Source: Raillietiella orientalis | Taxonomy: Eukaryota | Direction: 5' to 3' | Assembly: GCA_036172245.1 (NCBI GenBank) | Contig: JAYWIR010000008.1 | Coordinates: 3,906,001 to 3,970,000, forward strand | DNA length: 64,000 bases | Part shown: in pieces, positions 36,240-49,455 of the stretch | How the letters are laid out: each line of letters opens with the position of its first letter | Position numbering within the stretch: position 1 is the first letter of the stretch | Position numbers and translations under genes: made by a program | Notes under the pieces: model-generated | What the model saw: only the letters and a program-made list of their open reading frames with translations | Database searches by the model: none | What the model was told of the DNA's origin: nothing

Positions 36240-37740
36240 AATGTGCCTCTCCCTTCGGGGGGCGCCCTTCTGAGAAAATTGGGAAGCGCCCCTTTGGGGT
36301 TCTTCTCAGAGGAACAAACAGGAGCGGTTCCCTTGTGGGTTCCCTCTGGAAAAGAAATTCCTAATGGTGGATCCTTTTCGAATTACCTTCGGAGAAGAAA
36401 AATGGAATGGACCCCAGAAACCAGTGGGTCTCTCCGGAGAGAATAAGGAAGGAGATTCCCTTCGGAGACAAGCAGGGTGGGAGGTTCCCTTCGGGGATCC
36501 CTCCCCTCGCGTGGGAGGAATGGACTCCCTCTTCCGGAGCCCTTCCTCGATTGATAGGGTGGCTCCTTCCTGGGGTACTCCCTATAAGTTGAAGAATTAC
36601 ACGCTCCCTCGGGTGATGTGGAGCAGTGTCAAAGAGCTGCGTGGTTCTCCAGGAGCGCGACAGTTCCTGAGGTCCCCAGCGAATCAAAAAAAAAAGCTGA
36701 AAGAAAAGCCGCAAGAACAGAAAAGAACCCAAAAGGATTTCTTGGAGTGGCGCTCCCTCGTCGGGAGATGAACGTGGTCGCTCTCCGCGCCGCCTCCGCG
36801 ACCGCCGGAGCAGTCTGACCTGCCTGGCAGGCCGCCGCCCTGCTAGATGGAGAAACGCCATGTGGGAAGTTCGCACATGGCGTTTTTCGGAGGATCGGTG
36901 CGGAATGCCGTGGTCGGCGACCGCGCGGGGGTGGGAACCTCCCTCCGAGGGTCTTGGAACGGCGCCGCCAGCACAAGCATCGACCCGGAACTCCAGGTGG
37001 CGCCAGCAGCAACAGGGGCAGCAGAACCGTCCCTCGCCTTTTTCTGGTAGAAGGTCTGCAGTGGCTCCCCGTGCTCTGGGACACCCGCACCCTTCCCTCG
37101 AAGTGGCAGGAGTCGGCACTGCTGCTGCTGCTGCTCTGGGATCTCTCGTGCAACGCCCGCCGCTCCCACTGGACAAGAGTGTATGTGGACTCCAGCTGTG
37201 CGGGGTGCGGGGAGCGCGAATCCCTCTCACACCTGCTTGAGGATTGTGTTGTCCTCCGATCCCTCTGGGAACGATCCGCCGGGACAGCAGGAACCCCCAG
37301 AGACAACTCCAGAAACGCTCTGAAACTCCTCGTTTGCGACGCCATTCGCCCCGCAGCCTCGCTAGCAGCCCCCTCCTGTTTACGTGGGATCGTCGCTGCC
37401 TGGAGCGACGCCATCCACTTCGCGGTCCTCTTCATCAAGATGGCAACGCGATGGCCCCACGTGAAGGACTGTATGCTACAGTAAGAGCCTGCTGGCATCT
37501 TCGAAAGGATGCAGAGGACCAGCTCCAGCAGGGAGTGACCCCTTCCTACATCCCTCCGAAAATTTAATTATTTATTTTTATTTTTGTTTGTCCCCTCCCC
37601 TCTGCTGCCGTGGTGGACCTCACCGGTCTACGAACCTGCAACCCGCTAAAACGCAAGTGGTTATGTCATCGGTCCAACCACATCCCTCTGTAGATGTTTA
37701 TCTTTATTAAAATAAACGCCCCAGCATACCCGTGTGAGAA
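36240..37740 (+). mobile_element. Second copy of the Tx1/L1-like family: shared module, ORF2 C-terminus with zf-RVT, 3' UTR
   Basis: SSCAGCGERESLSHLLEDCVVLRSLW. The sequence gcaggagtcggcact is shared with ~33437. The 3' UTR matches 28080-28281 and ends aataaacgcccc...gtgagaa. Confidence 0.75.
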
Positions 37741-38254
37741 GTTCCCGGCCTTTCTCCTGAGGAAGTTAGACCGAGGCGCCGCCGTCGTCGTCGGCTGCCG
37801 GAAGTTTACGCAGACCTGGGGACAAAAGGGGAAGAAGGATAGGGGAAACCGCTTCGTAATGCTCACGCTTCGCCGCTCCAAGTGCCCTGCTCAGCCCTTG
37901 AGCCATCTTCCTGGGAGGCGCAATCTCTTTCTGGAGCTACCTCGAAACCTGGACGCCTGCAATCTGCCTCGCGTCCGGCGCTCAGGACGACCTCCTCGAG
38001 ACAGAGAGGAGCCCGCAATATGGGACGGCTTTCGGCAGACATCGGGATCGGACGGAATGAGGTCCCTGATTTATTCTCGCTCAAGAACCTCGTCCCCGGG
38101 TCCGGAAGCTTCCCAGGTGCGATACCCTCGGCGTCCAGACTGTTGACGAAACGGGGCTGCAGGGTATCCTGGGAGTGGTGGAGGTAGTGTTGGTGGGGAG
38201 GACAGGAGAAGGAAAGGAAGCAGCTCCTCTCCTCCTCTTCCTCTCCCTTTCCAT

Positions 38255-38480
38255 GCCCCATCCCTCTTCCTACTCCTCCCTCATCTTTTCTTTTCAAAGA
38301 TCCACCAACTCCTGTCCCCCGAGAGCAGCCTCTCTTGAAGATAACCACGCCCGGTCCAGACATCTGCAGCGTGGAGGACTCTTCCTCTTGCGGATCCGGC
38401 GCGGCTGCTTTGCTTTGGTGCCACGAGGGATTCTCGGGAATCCACGGGACGTGGACGCTTTGCGCACGTCCTGGTAAGCA
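38255..38480 (-). mobile_element. Inverted, diverged copy of the ORF1 zinc-knuckle fragment at ~35478-35590
   Basis: Reverse complement cgctgcagatgtctggaccgggcgtggttatcttcaagagaggctgctctc versus + strand cgctgcagatgtccggaccggcgtggtcatcttcaagagaggctgctttc. Confidence 0.7.
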
Positions 38481-41400
38481 CGTGCGTGTCCCGGAGATCC
38501 CTCAGTCCTCCGTGTGTGCCCTGCAGGGCAGGGTAGGGAAGAGAGAGCCGTCTGGCGACCTGAGGGATGTGCAGGAAGGAAAAGAGGGGGAGAAAACCAC
38601 CGTTTTCATCCCTCCTCCTCGCCTCCTAATCCTACGGGAACGAGGAAGGGGGATCCGCGAACCCCGAGTCCTTGGAGGCAGCGGCAGAAGGACGAGGCCC
38701 CTGAACCATCGTCAATTCGTTATCCGGGGCGGGGACGCGAAAGCCGTGAGTGTCCCGAGTGCACCCCCACCCCACGGGGTGTTTCTCCCCTCGTTGCCTA
38801 GCATATTCGCCCCGAGATTCCCGGTGGCGAACGTGAGATGGAAGTGGGGGAGGGGATGGAGGACGCTCTCCCTGAGCAGAGCGCTCACGCTCTCTTCCTC
38901 GTCGCCAGAGCGTCCCGCGCGCATTCCAGGCGGCGCGCGCGGCGACTCGCGCTTTTCCTGGCGCGATGCCACCGGATGTTTCCGTTCGCTCCGTGGAGGG
39001 GAGCGGCGGATTCCTCTGGCGGACGTGTCGGAGCTGCAGCGGGAGCTGTCCGGAAGGGAAGCTCTCGGGAGGATTCTCACCAACGCACGCGGGTCCTGGA
39101 GGAAGGCGATGGCAGGGGGCAGGTACCACTGAGGCAGAAAGAGAGGGAGGAAGGAGGAGGAGGAGGAGGAGGAAAGAGGGGGGCGTAGAAGAACCTGGGA
39201 ACGCCTCCCATAGCCTCTGCTCCTGACTCCTGAGCATCAAGGAGTCCATCCCTTCCCAGGGGACCCGCAAGCGGTAAGACGCCAGTGGGTCGGCTGGAAG
39301 GAATTCCAGCCTTGTCCTGGCACGTAGACGCTCTTCCGGGGATGAGGAGTTCCGGAGGAGGCATCTCCAGCGACCTAGCATGCGGCGTTGCGTACCCATG
39401 CGCCCAGGAGTAGGGTCGTCCTGCACCCATGGGGCCTGCAGCGGTGGAGAGAAGAGTTCACAATTTTTGGCATCAGAAATGGGAGCAGCCGAGCTCCTCC
39501 AAGGGAGCGAAGGGAAAGTGACCCACGATCCGGGGGGGAAAACGTGGGCTGAAATTGGGAAGGGTGCGATCTTCCTCGTCCAGGAATGGGTCAGGCGATC
39601 GATCCAACGCCGAGGGCCAATCGCGGTCAGATGCAGAGCAGGATGGTTTGGAGCGGGGCGATGGCACCTTCCCAGGAAAACCGGCCTGGGGGGGGCCTGA
39701 AGAAAGCTGCCCTACCTACAGGAGAAGGTGGAGAAGAGCATCTCTCTCTGGAGCGCGTAGTAGGTGGTTGCAGCGTTCGGCTCCTGGTAGACAGACATCT
39801 CCAGAGTAAAGGGGGAGGAGGAGATCTCCCGGTAGTCGCCGAAGGATGGTGCCTTCCCGGAGAGGTCAAGGGAGCAGGACCGCGATTCCCGGCACTCCCT
39901 TCTCCTTCTTGCCCCTTTTCGCCTTCTCGTCCGCTGCAGTGGGGTCTCGGGCCGGCTGTTGACAAAGTTCCGTGCTACAGACGGAGCATGCGCAGCGCGG
40001 CTCTCTACGTCGATGCCGCTCTTGTTTGCTCTTTCCCGTTTTCCTCCAACTCGTCCCTTAGTCTCCTCCCTAGGAAGAGAGAGGGGAGGGGGGGCAGAAA
40101 GAATCCCTGTGCGTCTCGCGAGCTTCCTGTAGGAGAGGGGGAGAGCTTTCGCGTGCGAGCGGGGCGAGGCTGCGCGCAGACGCCGCTTCTAAAAATAGAC
40201 TCGCCGCCCGGCGCCTGCGCTGGGCTGTAGGCAGACGGAAACGGGGCGCAGGTGAAGCGGGTTGCTGGCGGGGACAGGAGGAAGGTAAAACTCATTCTTC
40301 CTCCTCCTTTCCCCCTGTACAACCGCTCTGTCCTCTTGGACGGTCCCTTCCTCTACCGGAAGAGCGGTGGTGCTGAGGTAAGAGAGCGAGCAAGCGTGCT
40401 TCCGGGAGAGGGGGAGGGAGAAAAGTAGAAGGCGGAAACCAAGATAGAGATCTTGGCTTCCGCCGCTGCAGTCTTCCTGAGAGGAGAAGAGTCCGAGAGA
40501 ACCGCCGGAACTCCTCACGATGTGGGAAGGAAGGGGAGGAAGCAGAAGAGGAGGCGACTTACCTTCCCCTTCTCGTCCCAATAGCCCCGCCGAAACCTAT
40601 CCTCCCCTACTCCCTTCCCTCCCCGATGCGTCCAGTAGGTGGAACTTACCGCCAACCCTTGGCACCAAAGGTTTGTCTGACGAGGGACCCTGTCTACTGG
40701 CGTCGACGGCGCGCGTCTTCCTTCCTTCCGCGGGAGCGCGATGAGGAAGAAGAGAGGGCAAGTGATGGAACCAGTGTCTTCTTTCCTCCGTTGCCAGGCG
40801 GCGAGCTGAGGAGGGGCCTTCTCCGCTGAGTCGCTCCACGCGTGCGCTTCCAGGAGTTCCCGGGAAGCACGCCGCGGCGCCGCGTGGAGCTATTTTTAGG
40901 CTCTCCAGAGGTTCATTAGCGCGCCTGCTCGGGAGGTTGCGCGTGCGCGCGTGCAGGGAGGAAGGAGGAAATGAAGAGGATAGGAGGCCACTGGACTTTC
41001 ACCCAGAGGAGCGGGGGGATGGAGCGCCGAGAGACCCGGATAAGGAGTTTTCCTGGGAAATGGACGCCCTCGGTGAGACTCCCATCCTCCGGAAGGGGGA
41101 TGGAAAAGGAGAGACTCATAGGGGCTAACTTGACCCCTCCTGCCTGCCTTGCCCCCTTATGCTCTTCACAAGAATCATTGAAGATCTGCCCCGTCTGCTG
41201 AGAGAGCCTTTGGGGTCCCACACTCTCTCCCTGGGCTCTTGCCCGGAGCGCGAGACTGCGAGCAGAGGGGCAAGGGGATCCCCTTTGCGGCGTCCGCCCT
41301 TTCCTCTAGGCAGAGGGACGGACGTGGTGAGATGCGAGGAGCACGTGCAGTCCCCGGAAGAGGGAAGCATGGAAGAGGGATTTCAGGGGATCCAGAACGG

Positions 41401-43399
41401 CTCGCCGAGCCTTTGCAAGTGTTTCAAGGCTGGTAGGGAAGAGGGATGTGGAAAAGGGGAAGAAGAAATTTTTCTTCTTTCCTTTTCGGCTTCATCCCTT
41501 AGCTGCAGTCCACTTCCTAGAAGAGCAGGAAGATGCTTTCCACCAAGAATAGGGGAAAAAGATCTTCTCTGAGGAGCAGAGGGGAGCTTTCCCGATTCAA
41601 AGGGGGGCCTTTGAATCGGAAAAAGAATATAGGGAAGGTGACCACAGCTGCTCCCCAATCACGAGAGCTTTTCTTCTACACTCCCCTCCCCCTTCGATTG
41701 CATCCTGCCGTATAGGGGGATGGGAGCATCCCCTTCCCTTCCCTCGCTTCTCTCCATTACTCTTTATCCTACAGGGCACCGGACGAACCGCCGGAGGGGT
41801 CTAGGGAACGTTTCGCCTAATGAACGCTTCGTCCGCTCCCTGGGTTGTGCCTAGGGGAGCAGTGACTTCGCCATCAGTCTCTGAAAAATACCCCCCTCTC
41901 CTTCACTTTCTCCCCACCACACTCGCGCGCATCGGTCAAGTCCCGTTTCCTCCCTTCCGCACAACATAAGGGAGACCCCTGTCTTCTTATGAAGCAGGCA
42001 CAAGACACGTGCGCCTCACCTGGGTAGGGAACGACGAGCGTTCTCCAAAGGGACCATGGAGTCCAAGCCTCCCGTCGGCACTCCTCGGGACGGATCCCTT
42101 TTCCCTGGGACAGATAAGCAGCTATCTCCATTTTTACTCTCGTTATCTTGCTCTGAAGCTTCTGGAAATGGTCCGCTCTGCGGGGTTTCCGGAGGTTCCC
42201 TGAACCGTGCGGTCATCCGCCTGAGATTATGACCACAGCGATTCCCCTTTCCCTGACAGCCCCGGCTACGACTGCTCCTTGCATGTGACGAAACGCATTG
42301 TTGGCTTCCAAGAATGTGAGAGTTTGATCTCATTGTTGTTCTAATTGTTGTTGTCTCAACAATGCGAAAAGTCGAAGCTCATTGTTGTTCAGGAAGAGAA
42401 CAGTGATGGACTGGGGAGAGTCGAAAGTTGGTCCGGGTTCCTTCCCTGCTTCGGGCATCGAGGATTGAGGCAATGCCGTCGTCGATGGCCCTCCTGCCTC
42501 CCTTCCCACCTTTGGCGCCTCAGTCTTCGGTGCCCGAGCTGCTGCTGCGTGCTCACAGTCTCCACGAGCGACCAGGTGTGCCTCGAAATCGGTGCACAAG
42601 AGCAGACCACGCCTGGCCTCTGCCAGCGTCGGGAGATCCTCTGCCATGCGGTGGCTGCCAGGAGCGTCATTAACAAATTTCTCCATGCGGAACAGATTAG
42701 GCGCTGGTTCGGGATCCCCAGAAAAGGGAAGGGGACGAGAGGCTGGGAAGCCTCTCGCAAACGCTGCACGGACAGAAGCCTCAGGGATGGTGTGTGATTT
42801 GATTCTCATAGGAACCGCTACATCCCTCTTTCTGCTTGCTCACGATTCCGTGGAGCCGTTAAGGTAGTTCGGGAATCTGCAGAGAACCCGAGAAACCAGG
42901 AGGTGAATTATTCCTCAAGACTCCCACGAAGAGTCGCTTCTAACGCGCACCTCTTCGTCAGAGAAAAAACTCCGAAGCGTCGGCATCCCTCTCGGCATAG
43001 CTTTGGCTTCGTGCCGTCCTCCCGTGGCATGTTCTGGTCTAGAAATCGCCGCATCTCTCTCCCTCTCCTTTGAAAGGGACTCTGTTTCGTCCTCTGCTAC
43101 ATCACTGCAGCATCCCTCTCACTCCCGGAACTGCACAACGGGAAGGGAAGCTTTGCTCACCGAGACGTCGGGAGACAGACTGGATGGTGAATGGAAAGTG
43201 GGTCGAAGAAGGAAGCAAATGTGGCACCACTGAGGGGAATACAAAATGGCGAAACGGGGCTCCTGCATCAGGGGACATGATGAAAGCATGCTGCAAAGTG
43301 ACTACCACCTTGGGTCTCAGTGGGTCTCGGTGAGTGGGGAGCTGGATAACTACAGTGATGGGAGGAAGACAAAAGAATGGCGCGCTAAGGCAGAGTTCC

Positions 43400-44300
43400 C
43401 GTGTAATGTGAGGTTTTCCTGATCTTCTCAAGATTTTCAGAAATCCAGGGGAAGTTGGGAAGTCGGCGTGGGTCTTTTGCTGAGAATTCTAGCGTGGGAG
43501 AGGCGACCACGACAGAAGGAGTCATAACCTACAGGATGGCGAAGAATAAGAATGCGAATGTTAACCAACTCCCGAATGTTCAAGGAATTCGAGGAGTGGA
43601 GAAGGATGCGAATCCCCTGAGGGCAATGGAAAGTCTCGGTAAAAGAGGGGGAGAGCTCTCGGATGTCTGGGAGGCCGACTAGAGCTGGGGCGAGTGCAGA
43701 TCGCTGTCACGATGCGAGGACAAGATCCAGAAACGGGAACGTGAAATGGCCATCGCGAGGAAAGCCGGATGGTCAAGGCGGAGGCAGTCTGGGATGACGG
43801 GGTTGAGTTCATCCTAGAAGGGTGAGTAGAGGAGAGGTTATCCGTGAAGGGAAAAGGGGGAAAGGGCGGTCTTCCGGTCTGCTGCGGGTCGATCCCTCGC
43901 AAACCGCGTCCGGCCCACACGTAGCTCACCCTCGGTGGCTCACGTCCCAGCAGGCGACCTTCCTGCTTCCACGGAACGGGAGGAACCAGAAACGATTTGG
44001 AAGCGCGGCAAAAGTGCGCGACGGAGAAGAAGGGAAGTCCCTCTAGGGCAAGAGTGTTCTCCTCCCTTTCCTGGCTTCCCAGTCCATTCCTCCTCGAAAA
44101 GAGCGGGTCATCCTTGATGACTGATGCGGACAGAGGGGCAGACCGTGAGAGGGGAACAGTGGTGTCACCCGAATCTCTTCTCATTCGGAATGCGATGTCG
44201 GCAGGGATACGGCTCGTCTGAGAGCTCGAAATTCAGGATGAGGTCGGTGGGTAAGAAGGGAGACGGGAGGACGACGAGGGAGTAAGGAGGAAGACCGACT
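43400..44300 (-). mobile_element. Decayed CR1/L2/Jockey-type reverse transcriptase remnant
   Basis: Ordered degenerate motifs on the minus strand: SSQTSRIPAD..SGD (SL.TG..P..WK), AHFCRASKSF (DF.KAFD), RLLGR..RV..GIDPQ (GVPQG), then a C-terminal RHPVGY piece. Confidence 0.45.
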
Positions 44301-47300
44301 TCGTCTCTCATGGCAACCATCGGCGGTTGTCACAGGCTCATGGTGGGACGATCAGGAAGGAGAGAAAAGAAGGATCCACTCGTGCCTCCCCACCTGCCGG
44401 CCAGAGGCGCCCTCTTGGACGCTGGTCGGAAGCAGAAGCATCGGAAGCAACAAAACAGAAGCTGAAGGAAGAGAGTAGAGCAGGAAAGAAGAAGGAAGAA
44501 GGGATGCGAGGGAAAGGAAGGGTTTCTAGGGGATAGGGAGGTCGTGAGTGGGTACACTCAGGAAAGAAACCCTCCTCACTACCTTCTCTAAGCCGCTCAT
44601 GCGCACTCAGAAGGTGGCGGGCGCTGCACGACGACGCCCGCTCCTCTGATGCTGCTACCGCCGTCGGGAAGCCATGGCGCCCCATGCCGAACCGGAGCCG
44701 CTCGAGTTACCTGGCAGCGCGTGACCGTGATCCTTATGAGACCTTAATTGACGGGGAGAGAGATCCCGGTCGGACGCGCTCGGGACTCGACCAGGAAGGG
44801 AAAAAGTCATCGATCAATCCCGCCGGAAGGAGGCGGCGCGCTGCTATATGGAGAATCGATCTGTCCAGCCTGTGGCCGCCATGTGCCTCCACTCATCAAG
44901 GAAAGCCACGCCGGAAAGGAAGGGAGACGGCGGAAGTGGTTCTGTGCTTGCGGATGGGTCGGCTTCCCAAATGAAGGGAAGCAACAGACGACGGCCTCTG
45001 GAGGGGAGGAAGGAGGGACGATGCCGCGCCTGCCTCTCCAGACTATCGGCACCCGTGTGTCCCCGCGTTCCTCTAAGGGGCGAGGGAGAGTGTATTTCCC
45101 CCCTCTTCGATGGCACCGCTCGCGCTGTCCACGGAATCAGCTAGCGCCTTCCCTCCGGAGCTGGGAACACCCCGAACACCGCGAAGAGACGCGGCCGCGC
45201 AGAGGAACGCAACGGTGCCACCCTTGGACGGGCACTTCCCCTCCTCGGAGGTGACCCCGGCACACCCTCGAGGAATGGAACCTGCGGCTTGAGCCACGTT
45301 AACGCTGCCCTTGGATGAGGAGAGCGCCCCTTGCAGGTGTCTTTCGAAGGCGGCCCGCGCAACCGGCCGCTGTTCTGGAGGTCAGCACGTGTCCTGACCC
45401 CCGGCGCCTGAAAGGCCTCTGTGGGAGCTCCTCTTGGAGCCGCGCTGGGGGGGAAACGCATGCCAGCGGTGTCTCTCGTGGAAGGCTGCCGCAAGGGGTG
45501 CCCTGGCCAAAGTCCCCTGGCGCGGTGCACGCCGGAGCTGCGCCTGGAAGGCTTTCCCGGGAGGTGTCTCTCCTCACGCGCAGTCTGCAGCGGGAGGCCG
45601 GATCTGGCGCCTACTAGGGCAAGGCCCCAGCTCCCGCCGAACTGCCGGAGCGCCTCCGACGCCACCTCGCTCGGAGCAGTGCCACCCTGATGGAGTCCGC
45701 GCGAGGGCGAGCAAACGAGAGGAAGCCGCGGTCCCGGTCGCCATGCCACAGGACGAACGAGGAGGGCTGGAGGAGGCGCGTGGAGGATACGCGTGGTCGC
45801 CCCTTCCCTTTGGCGGGAGGAGCGGATAGCGGGCAGGCAGACGGGCTCGTCCGATCCGCATCCGCGAGGGAACGCCGCCCAGGTAAACGCCGGTGCCCTC
45901 GCTTGCTCTTCCCGGGAATCTTCCCGCTCTTCCCTTTCCGCTCGCGCCGGGAAGGGGACGAGGAGGGGAGAAGGGAGGGAGGGAGGGAGGGAAGGCACGC
46001 ACACGCTCGAGACGCCCGTCTCTGGGAGGCGGCTGGAAAGGCGGCAGCGAGGAGGAACGGGCGAGCGCGTGCTCCTGGGACAGCAGGCTGGACGGATCCG
46101 CCCTCCCGACTGGGCGTCCCGGGCCACCCGCGAGTGCGCACGACGACGACGACGGTGGCGACGTGGCTGCTGGTGGGTGAGTAGGAAAGGGGCGCGCGCA
46201 AGGATGGGGAGAGGGCGGGATGGCCACTCCTCTCTCGCACCACTCGCCCGCGCGCTTCCCTGAGATATGGCGGGAGCGTGGATCGAGTGGATCCTCGTGG
46301 CGACGTTCCTCCTCCCTTCTTCCCTTCTCCTCCGTTCATCCCTCCTCAACGCGTGCGCGCGCACGCTTTAGAGGGGAAAAAGAGGGAAGGGGAGGAGGGA
46401 GGTGGAGGCAGACGGAGCGCGGGAGGAGGAAGGGACGGTGCCAGGAGGCGCTTGACGCCATGCCAAGGCGCGAGTGCTGAGCGCCAAGAAAGCGCATGCG
46501 CGCGCTCGCGCCGGATTCTCCCCCCTCCTCCCCATTGCCTTTTTTTTTTTTTCTTCCCCCAAGATGAGCGGGAGTGGGGAAGAGGGGAGGGGCAGGAAGT
46601 GACGGGAGGATGCCAGCGGCTCATCCCCACGGTGTCGATCAAGCGAGGGACGGGAAAGGGGAGCAAGCGCGAAGCGCACACGCTAGGAGGGAGCGGGAAA
46701 TGGGAATTGGGTGGGAGAGCAAAGGAAGAGAGGGGAGAAGGAGGGGGGTGGAAGCGAAGAAGAGGAGCGACGGCGACGACGACGACGACGTGTCACTGCC
46801 TCCGCCACCGCCGCCGCCGCCGCTGCCGAGCTCACGGAGGGAGTCCCGAGCACGCTCTCCTTCCTGGATACGGGAAAGGCGGCAACAGTCGTCGCCGGGG
46901 AGCGGGGCGGGAAGGACGCGCGTGAAGTCCGTTGCCTCGGGAAGAAAGTGCGTGCGTGCGAGCGCGCGTGAGCGTGCGTGCCCAGTGCCGTGCCCTGTCT
47001 CCCCTCCCGCCCCAAGGCCCACCCTCCCTACCTGTTCCCCTTCCCCGGCCCCCTTCCCCTCCAGCGTGCGACGATCCTGAGGGAGTGAGGGGATCTTCTC
47101 AGTGGTGGTACCCCCTCCCTTCCCCGACGGCTGTCCTCCGGGACCTGCGAACGACCCGCCCGGTCTCTGATAGCAGGCGCGTGGTCGCTCCCGGGGCGCG
47201 CTCTCGGAGCTTCTGCGGAGGAAGAAGCGTGCGTGAGGTGTTCCCCAGTGCTCCCGCCTATCTGTCCCCCCCCTTTCCGTAGGCAGGTGCTTCCGTCTAC

Positions 47301-49455
47301 CTCGATGCTGCTGTCTTTCCACTCCCGGCCCTCATCCTGTCGTTCCCGGAACTGTTCTCCTCCGGCTCTTTCCTCGGAAGTGGGAGCGGTGGTCGAGGGG
47401 AGGCGGGGAAGAGAGGCGCACGTGTCCTTCCCTTTTCCTCCTGCTTCTCACCCCACCCTCCTTTTTACCATGCCACCGCGGTCGCTCCTCGTCCTCCATC
47501 CCGAGGGACCGTCGCGCCGCACGTGGTGCCTAGAAGCGGCAAGGGACAGAGCGCGGCTTTGTCCTCCAGGGAACGCTCCAGGAGCAGCCCAGGTTTGCGG
47601 GAGGACGTCACTCCCTTGGGGTGGGACGGGTTCCAAGGAGCGTCGGGGACGGTCAGGGCTGGGGACAAGTGGGTGTCACCGTCCCCGCCCTCGGCTTTCT
47701 ACCCAGGAAGGGAGTGATGGGAAGCTGCTCCACCTTCCTCCGCTCTTCTTCGGTGGATCGGTGCCGCGGGACGTCTCGACCTCTATCCCGGAAGAAGACA
47801 GGGAAGGGAGCGACAAAGACGCCGGAGGGAGACTGCACTTGGATGGCCTGCCCTTGAGTCCTGCCTCTGCCTTCCGCTGCTCCCTCCGCGCGCCCCTTTT
47901 TCCGCCCTGCTTTCTTCCTGCCGGACATCTCCCCGGCGATCTTCCTGGAGTCCCGGAGCCCTAGGGAGTCCCTCCTCTTTCGGATCCACTCTCTCTCTGG
48001 TCTCGATTCTCCCTGAATGCTTCTGGCCAAATCGTGCGGGAAAGGGGCACGAGGAGAACCCCCTGCCTTTCCTCTTTTCGCTATCCTGGAGGTGTGGCCT
48101 CCGCCAGGGATCGTCGTGGGAGCCCCGGGTTCGCTGCCGGTAGCGCTGGTAGAAAGACACGTGGGGGGGAGGAAGAAGGCGGGAGGGAAAAGGGATGGAG
48201 AGGGGAAACGGAGCAAAGGCGACCCTTGCCATATTGCCATACAACCACCTCCTTCTCCCGCATCTGGAGGTGCCCCTCTTTTCTCCTCTCCCGTCCGTGG
48301 AGCACGAGAGAGCGTCTTGGAAGTGTCGGAACCGACGTGGAGGATCCCTGCGGGAAGGTGGGGATCCGGACCTCCTGTCCTCCTTTCCTCCACCCTTCTG
48401 GTGTTCGCGTGAAGGGATAATCCTGCGCTCTTTGGGGAAGGCCCTTGTTTCCCGGTGGTGCTACTGTACTGCTTTCTTTCCGATATCGAGTCTGTGCTCT
48501 TCCTGGAGAAGTCCGTTGCCTCTACCCTGAGCTCGAGAGCCACTTGTCATCCTCTCCCCCCCTTCTTTCATCTAGTCGCACCCCTCGCGTCCCCTAAGGG
48601 CCGGCTTTTGCGAGGGCTCGTTTCTCTTTTCTCCGCTTCCCTCTTGGCAGCCTCGTCGTGTCCCCGCTCCTCGTATCCCTGCCCCCGTCCTGTTCCGGAC
48701 CTCCACCTTTTCGTTCTCTGCCTCTTTGGTGGAGGGAGGAGGCGGACTCCTGGACCCTTGGCCCGCAAGGGTTTCCTGGGTTCGCAGAAGGCCAAGCCGG
48801 AGAGCGACGTCAGGAGGGGCTCGTCCCCTCCCGGACACAGCACGCTTCCAGGAAAATCGCGGGATGCTCACCATCTCCTGCAGATCAGGGAGCGTCCTCG
48901 CCCGGGACTTCTTCTGGGTGAGGGGTAACAGGCTACACCCCTTCCTCAATTCAGTCCCCTCGAAGGGCGGAGGGGGAAGGACCCACTGACCTCCGATCGT
49001 GGAGGGGAGGGTGGGTCGGAGGGGAAGAAAAGACGGAGAGGAGAGATCTTGTTGCTGCAAAGGAAAGGGGGAAGGGAGTGAATCAGGTAGGGGTGGGGGT
49101 GGGGAGTGGGGAGATGTTGTGCTGGGCCGCCGATTCTCTTCTCTTCCTCTTTCGCTACCTTCACTCCCCTCTTTCTTCCTTCTTCCCTTTTTTTTTCTTC
49201 TCTTTGCAGGAGGAGCTGCTCAGGAGGGGATAACCTGGAACTACCGGAATCGGGAGGAGGACATCCTTCTCTTCTCCCTCCTCCCCGGTGACCCCGCCCC
49301 CTCTCCCCCTCCCTCCCCTCCTCTCCTTCTCCTCCTCCTGCTCCTCCCCTCTCCCTTCTCCATCTCTCTCCCCTTAGAGCGCGGGAGCGAGTGAGCGGGT
49401 CGTCGATGCCTGGGTCCGGGACCGTTCCTGGAGGGAGGAAGGAGAGCCTCGAGGG

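Noticed and set aside
42300..43000. Possible piggyBac-like transposase C-terminus on the minus strand
   Set aside because: Only a vague Cys/Arg pattern; no DDD core or TTAA termini recognised.
45141..48543. Several 200-400 aa Arg/Pro/Gly-rich ORFs
   Set aside because: Low-complexity GC-rich sequence, open in many frames on both strands, with no domain signal.
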